Origin: an uncultured delta proteobacterium
Lineage (GTDB): Bacteria > Desulfobacterota > Syntrophia > Syntrophales > UBA2192
DNA: 64,000 nucleotides
Assembly (NCBI GenBank): GCA_963810965.1
Contig: CAWEPT010000017.1
Coordinates: forward strand, 55,741 to 119,740
Reading direction: 5' to 3'
Positions 9,237 through 20,448 of this stretch are shown piece by piece. The position numbers and the translations under genes are program-made. Position 1 is the first letter of the stretch. The number at the start of each line of letters is the position of its first letter. The notes below the pieces were generated by a model, which did no database searches, had not been told where the DNA came from, and worked only from the letters and a program-made list of their open reading frames with translations.

Positions 9237-9754
9237 TTATGATTGGACAAGAGAGAGAAGGAAAAGGTGTCGCGGGTCCGGGGTTGTCCAGCAATTCCCC
9301 TTCACCGGAGGCAATCCGGCTCAAGGAAATAATTCGTCAACCGATACAGATCATTGGAACAATGCATCGGTGAGTGCCCCCGGCATGTCAACAGAAACGA
9401 GGGGATTCCCGTATCCGCCACGCCTTCATGATTCCGAAATCCATACATAGAAGACCGTCCGTTTCCTGAACCCGGATGGAGACTGTGTGCGCGAGTGAAT
9501 ATCCGGTGTTCAAGCCTGGGATCAGAGCCTCACGGGGCATGACAGGGGGCTTTGCGGGAGAGAGGTACGTGCTTCTGTCTCGCAGGGCCCTCCGGATGGT
9601 CAGGCGCCATCACTCACGGCGCCTCGATGCCTTTTCAGTTCGTTCATGTAACTGAGAGGGCGTAAGCCTGCCTGCTGCACCTCGAAGCGGATACCTGCCT
9701 GATCGGAAAGCGAAGCACAACCCATCTCATGTCTGACCGGTTCCTCCTGATCGA

Positions 9755-11428
9755 ATGATGACGACGGATAGTCCATCCCCCAAGGTTTCCGCGATAGGCG
9801 TTGTCGCAGAAAAAAATGAACAAGGCATCGTCGAAGAATTCTTCGAATTATTCAAGACGCCTTGGGAATTCGCAAGTAGCGAAAAGTCTTACGACATTCT
9901 GCTGATAACTGCGGATACGGAAGATAAGATCGATGCGCCCGTCGTCATCCTCTACGGGAGCGGGAAAAGAAAGATCGATGAGCGCTGTGGGATTCGGCTC
10001 GCGAAGGGCAGGTCCGCGGTTCGCTATTGAGATGGCAGGGCAAGGTCGTTCCAATCTACGGGAAGGCGTCGGCTCTGGAGTCCCTCCGGGGAAGCCGTCG
10101 TGGAGATTCAAGGCACCCATGAAGCCGCCGGATTACGAATTGGAAATCAGGGCCGACCTCTCTATCGCTTCGGCTTCGATTTATTCCGGGAGGTGGAGCA
10201 TCTTCTCCGCTCGGGTCAGCCCGCCACAATCATGCTTCCATCCCCACTCTCGATATTCACATAGAGCTTCTCCGGGACTGCATTCTGTCGGCGGGTGTCC
10301 CGCTTGTCGAGATCCCCCCTTTTCCTCCGAACACCGCTTCATCGCGTGCCTCACCCACGACGTGGATTTTGTCGGGATCCGCCGTCACAGGTTCGATCCC
10401 ACGATGTTCGGGTTCATCTACCGGGCACTCTTCGGTTCGCTGGTCCGGGCGATGCGGGGTTCCCTGTCATGGAAAAAATTGCTGGCCAATTGGGAAGGCC
10501 GTTATCTCGCTGCCCGGCATCTATCTGGGTATCCAGAAGGACGTCATGATCCAGTTCGACCGCTATGCCGACATCGAGCGGGGTCTGCCGTCGACCTTTT
10601 TCCTCATCCCCTATAAAAACAGGCCCGGGATCGACCTGGAAGGTCGCACTACGAAAGGGCGTGCCGTCAAATACGACATCGGCGATATCGCCCCGGAAGT
10701 TCAGAAACTCCTCGCCCGCGGCTGCGAGATCGGTCTCCACGGCATCGACGCCTGGCACAGCATCGGAGAGGGGCCACGACGAGCGGATGCAGGTCTCCCG
10801 GATGATTGTCAAGGCCGGACATGGGCAGTCCGAATGCATTGGCTGTTCTTTTCGGAAGACTCTCCCGACGTGCTGGAGCAGGCCGGCTTTTCCTACGACT
10901 CGACAGCGGGATACAACGATACGGTCGGTTACAGGTCCGGCACGTCCCAGGCATTCCGGCTGCCGGGAACGGCGCTCTATGAGCTGCCGCTGCACATCAT
11001 GGATACGGCGCTCCTTTCCCCCGGACGGATGGCACTTTCGGAGGCCGCTGCATTCGAAAGGATCAAGGAAATCTGTTCCCATGCATCGGCAAACGGGGGG
11101 GCCCTCACCATCAACTGGCATCACCGCAGTGTGGGGCCTGAGCGTTTCTGGGATGATTTGTACATAAACGCTGCTCGGGGAGATGAAAAAGAACGGGGCA
11201 TGGTTTGCGACGGCACGGGACGCCGTCTCGTGGTTTGATAAGAGACGATCGGTTGTGTTTCGCAGGGTCGACAGGCGCGGCACGGAAATGCACATCCAAC
11301 TCACGTGCCCTTCCGGGGATGACACGCCCGGCGTTGTTTTGAGGGTTCATGCCCCTTCCCCGACAGCACTCTGCGTCATTCGTGAGCGGCAGAGGCAGGG
11401 GTGGAAAAGATCAGCCCGTGTATGGTGA
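9755..11428 (+). CDS. Polysaccharide deacetylase-like (NodB-homology) protein with an N-terminal extra domain (at least 3 frame changes)
   Basis: Reconstructed from ORFs 9755-10030, 9933-10616, 10369-11238 and 11183-11428. Motifs include CLTHDVDFVG, STFFLIPY, EIGLHGIDAW and ALTINWHHRS. Confidence 0.6.
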
Positions 11429-11483
11429 CCTCGACACCGTTGTTCCCATCCATTTGTAGATCATGGGCAAGAGGAGAACCTCG

Positions 11484-12690
11484 ATGGAAGCAGAAAAACG
11501 AAAAACAGCGGTCTACATGGTGGTCTATGGCACCTACGCCACGGATCCCCGTGTTCGCAAAGATGCCGAGACGCTCGCCTGCCTTGAGGATTTTACCGTA
11601 ACGGTCGTCGTACCGAAACTAGGGGATGCTCCTGGCACAACGCAACTAAACGGCGTCAACGTGGTTGAGTTGGATGTCTGTCGATACCGGGGAAAGAGCA
11701 TATACGGGTATCTGGCATCGTACCTGAAATTTTTGTGGGCTGCATTCCGGCACTGTTCCAGGCTGACCCTTCGCGGCGGGATCGATGTGGTCCACATACA
11801 CAACATGCCGGATTTCCTCATTTTCTCGGCCATCGTGCCGCGCCTTCTGGGGAAGAAAATCATCCTGGACATCCACGACACCGTACCCGAAACCTTTATC
11901 GGTAAGTTCAGAAACCATTCCGGCTTGATGTTCCGGCTCCTGTGCATGGAAGAATCCATCTGTTGCCGCCTTGCACACCGGATCCTCTGCGTCAATCACC
12001 CTCAGCGAGATCTGCTGGTGAGCCGGGGTATCCCCGAACACAAGATCTCGATCTCCATGAACGTTCCCGACGAACGATGGTTCGGTAACGGTTCAGGCGA
12101 CGATCCTGGAGGAAAAGCGACGAACAGCTTCGACCTGGTATACCATGGATTATTGGCCAAGAGGCTGGGTGTCGACCTGACCATTCGGGCCGTCTCGAAC
12201 CTCAACGGCAGTATCCCCGGTCTGAAGTTTCATGTCATCGGATCCGGTGATGACCGGGAAGAACTCATTTCTTTGGCCGAGAGCCTGGGCCTGAGTTCCT
12301 GTATTCAGTTCCACGGATCCATCCCCATCGATCAAATTGCCACTACCCTGCGTCCCATGCATCTGGGAGTCGTTTCCAACCGGAGCAACATCGCAACGGA
12401 ACTCATGCTGCCCGTCAAGATGCTTGAATACGTCGCGCTGGGCATCCCGGTCGTTGCGCCGCCGCTGCGAACGATTAAACATTACTTCTCCGATGACATG
12501 CTGAGTTACTTTGAGACGGAAGACGTCGACTCGCTATCATTGGCCATCCGGGATGCCTACCGGAATGAGGAAAAACGACTGAAGCAGGCGAAAAGCGCCA
12601 GAAAATTTCTGGACCAGTACGGCTGGGTGCGACAGAAGCAGGAATTCATCGGTCTTTACCGATCGCTGGCCCTGCAGTCCGGATCCGTGA
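11484..12690 (+). CDS. GT4-family (GT-B) glycosyltransferase; 3' end uncertain
   Basis: First part of ORF 11463-13451. ATG 11484 follows GAGGAG. Motifs include VVHIHNMPDFL, F.VIGSGD and LPVKMLEYVALGIPVVAP. An out-of-frame TGA at 12688-12690 plus AAGGAG-ATG 12720 suggest a lost stop. Confidence 0.75.
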
Positions 12691-12719
12691 AAGAAAAAAC
12701 AAAAAAGGAGATCAGCAGC

Positions 12720-13704
12720 ATGCTGAACATGGCGCAGATCGGGGTCGGATACTGGGGCCCGAATCTGTTGAGGAATATGGTCTCGAGCAAGAGATGCCGG
12801 GTGAAAACGGTTGTCGACCTGTCCCCCGAGCGGCAGGAATACGTTCGCGGCCTTTATCCGGCGGTCAATGTCACGGCGGACGTTCGTGACGTGTTTGAAG
12901 ACCCTGAAATCCAGGCCGTCGTGATCGCTACGCCCGTCAAGTCGCATTTCGATCTGGCCATGAAAGCCCTGGGAGCGGGAAAGCACATCATGGTCGAAAA
13001 GCCAATCGCCACAACGGTTGCCGAGGTTGACGAGATCGGCAGACCTCGCCGACAAAAAGAAGCTTGTCGCGATGGTCGGCCACACGTTCCTCTACAATGC
13101 GGCCGTCCGTTACGTGAAGAAACTGATCGACGCGGGCGAACTGGGCGACATCCGCTACATCTACAGCCAGAGGCTCAACCTGGGCAGGATCCGGTCCGAC
13201 GTCGATGCCCTGTGGAACTTTGCCCCCCACGACATCAGCATCATCCAGTACTGGCTGGGGGACCCGGAGCCGGTTTCTGTCATGAAAAGGGGAGTCGACT
13301 ACATCCAGGAAACAATCGACGACGTTGTCTTCATGAACATCTGTTACCCGAACAAGGTCATGGCGAACATCCATGTCAGCTGGCTGGATCCGCGAAGGCT
13401 CCGCCAGATGACCGTCGTGGGATCCAAAAAGATGGTCGTCTACGACAATGACGCCGAAAACAAGATCGCCATCTACGACAAGGGGATCGAGCGCAAGGCG
13501 GTCCTGGGGCAGAACATGGACTATGACAACCCCCGGTCGCGGAGCTTCAATCATCGAGAAGGGGACGTGATTCTGCCACGAATCGATTTTCCGGAGCCGA
13601 TCAAGGTCGAGATCGAGCACTTCGCGGACTGCGTCGAAAACGGCACCATGTGCCTGAGCGGTATCGATCATGCCCGCAAGGTCGTCCGTATCCTGGCCTC
13701 CTGA
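12720..13704 (+). CDS. Gfo/Idh/MocA oxidoreductase, WbpB-like UDP-sugar 3-dehydrogenase (frame change near 13040)
   Basis: MLNMAQIGVGYWGPNLLRN..AVVIATPVKSHF..GKHIMVEKP (tail of ORF 11463-13451) joins ORF 13018-13704. Confidence 0.75.
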
Positions 13705-13732
13705 GGCCAGTTCCCGATATCCCGAGGTGCCG

Positions 13733-14200
13733 ATGTCTGCTCCCACCAAAGTCTTCAAGTGTCAGATCCGCGATGTCACGTTCGGCTCCAACGTGACCGT
13801 CATCGAGCCCGTGAACCTCTATGAATGCTCGATCGGCGACGACTGTTTCATCGGCCCCTTCGTGGAGATCCAGAAGGGCGTGGCGGTTGGCAGCCGGACC
13901 CGGGTGCAGTCCCACACGTTTATCTGTGAACTGGTGACGATCGGCGAGGACTGCTTCATCGGCCACGGCGTGATGTTCATCAACGATCTGTTCTCGGAAG
14001 GCGGACCGGCGCAGGGCCGGATGGATCTCTGGAAATCGACCGGCATCGGCAATCCCGTCTCCATCGGCTCCAATGCGACCATCCTGCCCGTGAAGATCTG
14101 CGACCGGGTCGTCATCGGCGCCGGCGCCGTTGTGACCAAGGACATCACACAGCCGGGCTTTTACGCCGGAAACCCTGCCCGACTGCTCCGGAAGCTTTGA
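13733..14200 (+). CDS. Left-handed beta-helix N-acetyltransferase, WbpD-like
   Basis: Lies within ORF 13670-14200, starting at ATG 13733. Hexapeptide repeats are present (IGDDCFIGPFVEI, IGEDCFIGHGVMF, IGAGAVV). Confidence 0.8.
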   Translation: MSAPTKVFKCQIRDVTFGSNVTVIEPVNLYECSIGDDCFIGPFVEIQKGVAVGSRTRVQSHTFICELVTIGEDCFIGHGVMFINDLFSEGGPAQGRMDLWKSTGIGNPVSIGSNATILPVKICDRVVIGAGAVVTKDITQPGFYAGNPARLLRKL

Positions 14201-14250
14201 CCGAAATCGCGTGTAAAAATCGATATCAGCGAATAATAAACGAGGACCTT

Positions 14251-15378
14251 ATGACTATCCAACTCGTAGACCTGAAGAAACAATATGAATCGATCAAAAC
14301 GGAGATCGATGCCGTCATCGCGCGATGTCTGTCGAAAACCGCCTTCATTGGCGGCTCCTACGTCAAGGACTTCGAAGAAGCCTTCGCCCGTTTCTGCGGG
14401 GTCCGGCACTGCGTCGGCGTCGGGAACGGCACGGATGCCCTCTTTATCGCGCTCAAAGTGTCTGGGAATCGGAAACGGCGACGAGGTCATCGTCCCGGCC
14501 AACAGTTTCATCGCCACGGCCGAGGCGGTGACCCAGGCTGGCGCAAGAGTGGTCTTTGCGGACATCGACCCCGGGACATACAACATGGATGTCGCCCGGA
14601 TCGAAGACAGAGATCTCGCCGAAAACGAAAGCGATCATCCCGGTGCATCTCTACGGCCAGCCCGCCGACATGGATCCGATCCTGGCCCTGGCGCGAAAGC
14701 ACGGGCTGAAGGTGATCGAGGACGCCGCCCAGGCGCACGACGCAGAATACAGGGGACGCAGGGTCGGCTCGATCGGCGATTGCGCCTGCTTCAGCTTCTA
14801 CCCCGGCAAGAATCTCGGGGCCTACGGGGATGCCGGGGCGATCGTGACCGACGATGATGAGCTTGCCCGAAGGGCCAGGATGTTCGCGAACCACGGCCGC
14901 ATCGACAAGTACGATCATGAACTGGAAGGCATCAACAGCCGCCTCGATGCCCTCCAGGCCGCAATTCTCTGGGTCAAGCTCAAACACCTGCCGCAGTGGA
15001 CGGAGGCGAGCGCGCAGAACGCCTACCGGTACAACCAGCTACTGGCAGGCTCCGGGTTCATGACGCCATCCGAGATCGAAGGATATCCGGGCTGTCTACC
15101 ATCTCTATGTGATCCGGGTACCCGAGAGAGCTGCGGGGCGCGCTGCAGGCCCATCTGCAGTCAAAGGGGATTTCGACGGGCATCCATTACCCCATCGCCC
15201 TGCCCAACCTGAAGGCATACGCATACCTGAACCACTCGGCGGCGGCCTTCCCGGAGGCTTCCAAGGCATCCAGGGAAATCCTTTCCCTTCCATGTACCCC
15301 GAACTGCGGGAGGATGAAATCGAGTACATCGGGAAGGCCATCAACGCCTTCGCGGTCCCTGAACCAGGCCACCCGTGA
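14251..15378 (+). CDS. DegT/DnrJ/EryC1-family sugar aminotransferase, WbpE-like (at least 3 frame changes)
   Basis: Reconstructed from ORFs 14197-14709, 14285-14857, 14556-15212 and 15109-15378. Motifs include [37 protein letters not shown] and SLPMYPEL. Confidence 0.8.
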
Positions 15379-16317
15379 AACCCGGATCGGCAAACGAAAT
15401 GCAGGACAGCAAAGCGGGACAAGAGCACATATCGGTCTGCATCTGCACCTACAAGCGGCCGGTCCTGCTCGAAAGGCTTCTCCGCGCGCTGGGCAGCCTG
15501 GAGACGGGCGATCGGTTCACCTACTCCGTGGTCGTCGTGGACAACGATGCCGAGGCATCGGCGAAACTCGTGGTGGAGCGGTTCGCGCAGGGCGCCGCCG
15601 TTTCCGTCCGCTACGATGTCGAGCCGGATCGCAGTTTCTCCCTCGTCCGGAACCGCGCAGTCGACCATGCGAGGGGAGCCCATATCGCGTTCATCGACGA
15701 TGACGAATACCCCGGCACGGACTGGCTTCTCCGCCTGTTCCGGGCCATGAAGGACTACGGGGCGGACGGTGTCCTGGGCCCCGTCATCCCGGAATACGAG
15801 ACGGAGCCGCCCGACTGGGTGATCCCGGTGAAACTCTGCGAGCGGGAGAGTTTCGAGACGGGCACCGTCATCCGGAATCATGTCTACACGAGAACGGGCA
15901 ACACCCTGCTCGACCGCTCCCTGTTCCCGGGGGGGCGGAGTCCCCTTCGATCCGCAGTTCGGCCGGATGGGGGGGGAGGACACGGATTTTTTCCGGCGAA
16001 TGATGAATGACGGCAAGCGGTTCGTCTGGTGCCAGGAAGCCCCCGTCCGGGAATGGGTACCGCGGGAGCGAATCTCGAAAGTCTATTTTCTGAAAAGGGC
16101 TTTGATGCGGGGCTTTCTCGAATCGAAAAACTTGAGTGCCTTGAGTTCCAGTGTCCTGAAGTCCTTCGTCGCGGTGATCCTCTACACGGCTGCATTGCCC
16201 TTTTTTCTTTTCATGGGTCAACATGTCTTTATGAAGTATCTGATTAAAGACTGCGATCATCTCGGGAAAATTCTCGGCGCCTGCGGGTTCCCCCTGTTCA
16301 GAGAAAGAACCTTTTAG
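15375..16317 (+). CDS. GT2-family glycosyltransferase (frame change near 15940)
   Basis: ORFs 15375-16010 and 15880-16317. Motifs include ISVCICTYKRP, VVVDNDA, AFIDDDE and GGEDTDFF. Confidence 0.8.
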
Positions 16318-16337
16318 AAAAACGACACTTGACGGAC

Positions 16338-17423
16338 ATGGGAAACGACATGAAAGAGCTGGCAAGAAATTATACGGTAGAAGTCGATAAGGCCAATAAC
16401 GACGCGTGGAACGAGATCATCAAGCGATTCGACGACGCGAACATCTATAACACTTCGGCCTACGGAGAAGTGAGATTCGGAAAGAAAAACATCAGTCGCA
16501 CCATTCTGAAGAATAACGGCGAGATCGCGGCGGTAGCCCAGTCACGGATTGTAAAAATTCCCGTTCTGAATGCCGGGATCGCATACATACGATGGGGCCC
16601 ACTGTGGAGAGCAAAGGGGCATGCGAACAACATTGAGACGTTTCGGCAGATCCTGAGAGCATTGCGGAATGAATATGCGATAAGGCGGGGATATGTTTTG
16701 AGGATCTATCCGATGCTGTTCGACGACGCAGCCGATACATTCAGTCCCATTTTGCAGGAAGAGGGCTACGTGTATCGCAGGGAGGGCAAGAAGGACAGAA
16801 CGATGCTCATCGATCTGAAAGCACCCGTCGCTGATTTGAGAAAAGGGCTTGCTCAAAAATGGAGAAATTCGTTGAATAAAGCCGAGAGAAGCAATCTCGA
16901 GATTATCGAAGGCGAAGAGGATGCCCTGTTCGAAAAATTTATAGAAATCTACAGGGATATGCTTCAACGAAAGAAGTTTGTCGAGCCCAATGACATCAAT
17001 GAATTCAGATGGATTCAAAAGCATCTCCCTGAAGAAATGAAAATGCAAATCGTTTTGTGCCGGCACGAAGGTCATATTTGTTCAGGAGGGATCTTCAGTG
17101 CAATGGGAGACACGGGATTGTATTTGTTCGGTGCGACGAATGATGCGGGCATGAACAGCAACGGTTCCTATTTGATTCAGTGGAAATATCTGGAGTGGCT
17201 GAAGCAAAACAATCTGGCGTTCTACGATCTGAACGGAATCAATCCTGAAACGAATCCGGGAACGTACAAATTCAAAGAGGGTCTGTGCGGGAAGAACGGC
17301 AGGGACGTGTATTTCCTGGGGCAGTGGGAGACCTGCGACAATGCATTCAGCCGGGTCGTTGTCCAATGTGGGGAAAAATTGGCGGCCAAAGTGAAACAAT
17401 CGAGAAAGAATCAGGTCGCTTGA
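16338..17423 (+). CDS. FemAB-family (aminoacyl-tRNA-dependent transferase-like) protein, PEP-CTERM-locus type
   Basis: Intact ORF 16329-17423, visibly more AT-rich than its neighbours. Motifs KWRNSLNKAER, GATNDAGMNSNGSYLIQW and KFKEG are typical of FemAB-like acyltransferases. Confidence 0.7.
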   Translation: MGNDMKELARNYTVEVDKANNDAWNEIIKRFDDANIYNTSAYGEVRFGKKNISRTILKNNGEIAAVAQSRIVKIPVLNAGIAYIRWGPLWRAKGHANNIETFRQILRALRNEYAIRRGYVLRIYPMLFDDAADTFSPILQEEGYVYRREGKKDRTMLIDLKAPVADLRKGLAQKWRNSLNKAERSNLEIIEGEEDALFEKFIEIYRDMLQRKKFVEPNDINEFRWIQKHLPEEMKMQIVLCRHEGHICSGGIFSAMGDTGLYLFGATNDAGMNSNGSYLIQWKYLEWLKQNNLAFYDLNGINPETNPGTYKFKEGLCGKNGRDVYFLGQWETCDNAFSRVVVQCGEKLAAKVKQSRKNQVA

Positions 17424-17496
17424 ATCAAAATTCCTGGCGGACAACCAGGCAAAAAACATTCAACGAAGCCGTTGAACGCACAGGATCGTTTCAGCG

Positions 17497-18409
17497 ATGG
17501 CAACCATGAATCTCAAATACATCCTGATCACACCGGCGAGAAACGAGGAGTCCTTTATAGAAGGGACGATCCAGTCGGTCATTGCGCAGACCGTGAGGCC
17601 GCATCAATGGATCGTCGTAAGCGACGGCTCGACGGATCGCACCGATGAAATCGTTAAGCAATATGCCCAGGAGCGGTCGTGGATGGAGTTGATCCGGATG
17701 CCGGAGCGCCGCGATCGAACCTTTGCAGCCAAGGCGAGGTGTTTCAATGCAGCCTGCGAACGCCTGAATGGCGTGCCCTATGACATCATCGGCAATCTCG
17801 ATGCCGACATCACGTTCGGGCCGGACTACTTCGAGTACCTGCTGGGCAAATTCTGCCGATAACCCGAAGCTTGGTGTCGCGGGAACGCCTTTCGTCGAAG
17901 ACGGCTCCGCCCCTTACGACTATCGGGTTGCGAATATCGAACACGTATCGGGTGCCTGTCAGCTGTTCAGGAGAGAATGCTTCGACGAAATCGGCGGGTA
18001 TGTGCCGATCAAGGCCGGGGGGATCGACTGGGTCGCCGTGACGACGGCAAGAATGAAGGGCTGGCAGACCCGTACGTTTACAGACAAGACATGCTTTCAT
18101 CATCGAAAGATGGGCACGGCGAAAGGGAGCATCTATTCGGCCAAGTTCAGGCTGGGCAGGGAGGATTACTATCTCGGCGGCCATCCCCTGTGGGCCCTTT
18201 TAAGGGCCGTTTCCCAGATGAGACATAAACCCTATGTGATTGGCGGCTTATTCCTGTTGCTGGGATACATGACATCGGCTGCAAAGAGGATCGAGAGGCC
18301 GGTGTCGCCGGAGCTTCTTCATTTTTGCCGAAAAGAGCAGATGCAGCGGCTTCGCCGCATGCTTTCCCGAAGTCGATCGGGTCGTAGGAGACGGCACGCG
18401 CCATGCTGA
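17497..18409 (+). CDS. GT2-family glycosyltransferase (frame change near 17850)
   Basis: ORFs 17497-17862 and 17768-18409. Motifs include ILITPARNEE, VVSDGSTDRT, NLDADI and GGIDW. Confidence 0.8.
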
Positions 18410-19250
18410 TTGTCAATGCAGATGACTGGGGACGCAACAGGGACGCGACGGACAGAAGTCTGGAATGTCATCGGAATGGCAGGATAACGACCGTCAGCGC
18501 CATGGTCTTCATGGAAGATTCGGAAAGGGCTGCGGACCTTGCCCGGGCGAACGGCCTCGATGTCGGTCTTCACCTGAATTTCACCACTCCCTTCAGCGGT
18601 ACCGTACGCGACGCGATGCTGATGGCGGGCCATCGGAGGGTTGCCCGATTTCTGCGGCCGCAGAAGCTCATACGCCTCGTTTATCATCCCGCGCTCAGGG
18701 GGGACTTCGAGCTACGCCTACCGGCGGCAAGTCGAGGAGTATGAGCGACTCTACGGCGGTCCGCCGTCCCGCATCGACGGGCACCACCACATGCATCTTT
18801 GCGCCAACATGCTGATCGACCGTGTCATCCCCGCCGGGATCCGGGTCCGGAGGAATCTTTCTTTTTTTGAAGGGGAGCGAAGCGTCTTCAATCGAACGTA
18901 CCGCAAGGTTGTCGATACCTGGCTTGTCAGAAGGTACACATGCACCGACTATGTCTTTCGCCTGCCGCCGATCGCAATGGATCGCGGCATGAAGCGAATC
19001 GCGAACATCGCATGCGACATCCGTGGTCGAATTGGCGGTGCACCCCGAGTCGGCGGGCGAGTATGATTTTCTGATGGGCCATGAATATCCGGACTGCATC
19101 GCGGGGGTCGCGAGAGGCGGATACAAGGACATGGAGGTGAACGCAGGGATGACGACCTGCCGGATGCGAGGCCGCCGCGCTCGGAGAAGGTGCGTCCGGA
19201 TTGCAAGGGCATGTGCCGGCGGAATTCGCGACACTCGGGTGAATGAATGA
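18403..19250 (+). CDS. YdjC/ChbG-family carbohydrate deacetylase (2 frame changes)
   Basis: ORFs 18403-18744, 18641-19066 and 19023-19250. Motifs include MLIVNADDWG, GLHLNFT, IDGHHHMH and ELAVHPE. Confidence 0.75.
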
Positions 19251-20421
19251 CGGAAGAGTCGGGGATCAAGATTTCGAACAGTCTCCGCCGATTGGAGAAG
19301 TGGATCGAGGATCACGATTACCGGGGATATGAACCCTTCGACGGGCTTTCTTCCTTTTTTCGGCCCCTCACATTCGGCAGTCTGTTTGCGGATCGGATCC
19401 TGCTGCAACTGGTCCGCCAATCCCCCGTCAACCTCAGGCCCCTTCTGGGTATCAAACCCCAGGATTCCACGAAGGGCAGGGGCTACATCGCCTGGGGATA
19501 CCTGACGATGCTGAAATGCACGGGAAACGAGGCCTACCGGGGAAAGGCCGTCCGCTGTCTCGAGTGGTTGATGGAGAACAAGTCTCCGAAGTTCAAGGAG
19601 TATTCCTGGGCGAATCACTTTGATTTCGCGAGCCGTGCGGGACGCTACTCGAAACACGAATCGATCATCGTCTGGAGCGCCCTCATCAGCCATGCTTTCC
19701 TGGATGGCTATGAGCTGCTGGATGACCGTCGCTTCCTCGATGTGGCGGAGAGCGCTTGCCGCTGGATGCTGGATCTGCCGAGAGAGCGCACGGACAGCGG
19801 CACCTGCATCAGCTACCTGGCGACGGGGCAGAGTTCCATCCACAATTCAAACATGCTGGGCGCGGCGGTGCTTGCCCGCGCCTGGCGGCACACGAAGAAG
19901 AGCGAATATCTCGAAGCCGCCTCGGAGGCCATGAAATACAGTTGCAGCCGCCAGCGAGCGGACGGCGCGTGGTGGTATGCCGAAGATCCCAAGTTCCACT
20001 GGATCGACAACTTTCACACGGGTTACAACCTGGACAGCCTGAAGTGCTATATCGAGAATACCGGCGATCAGACTTACCGGGACGGAATGCGTAAGGGTCT
20101 GGAGTTCTACAAGCGGCACTTCTTCGAAGAGGACGGTTGCCCCCGGTACTACCACAATCGCACCTACCCCGTCGACAGCCAGTGCATGGCCCAGGCGATC
20201 GAGACCCTTGCGAATTTCTCCGACGTGCGACGAAGAGTCGCTGGCTATTGGCCGTCAAGGTTGCCCTCTGGACGATCGGTAACATGCAGGATCCGGAGGG
20301 GTATTTTTATTACAGGAAATACCCTCTGTTCAAAGTGAAAACGCCCATGCTTCACTGGGCGCAGGCTACCACCTATAAAGGATTGGCGTTGCTGCTGCGA
20401 GGCTGCAACAGGCCCAGATAG
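19247..20421 (+). CDS. Conserved EPS-locus protein, possibly an (alpha/alpha)6-barrel polysaccharide-modifying enzyme (frame change near 20230)
   Basis: ORFs 19247-20338 and 20137-20421. It is rich in W/Y/H with spaced aromatic motifs (YSWANHFDF, DGAWWY, NFHTGYNLD). The fold assignment is a guess. Confidence 0.3.
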
Positions 20422-20448
20422 AGTCCGGAAAATTGCAGAGGACGAGCC

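Noticed and set aside
8869-9754. Looked for a riboswitch (for example c-di-GMP GEMM), a small RNA gene, a JUMPstart/ops element or a PEP-CTERM substrate gene in the long leader.
   Set aside because: No matching conserved cores were seen by eye (GGCAAACC / ACGCAAAGC for GEMM, GGCGGTAG for ops). The only ORFs (9085-9324 minus, 9175-9450 plus) look non-coding. A covariance-model search was not possible here.
11463-13451. Apparent 662-aa fusion of a GT4 glycosyltransferase with a Gfo/Idh/MocA oxidoreductase in one ORF.
   Set aside because: An out-of-frame TGA (12688-12690), then AAGGAG-N9-ATG (12720), all inside A-runs, fits two genes whose stop was lost to an indel. The ORF tail after about 13040 is also out of frame with the oxidoreductase.
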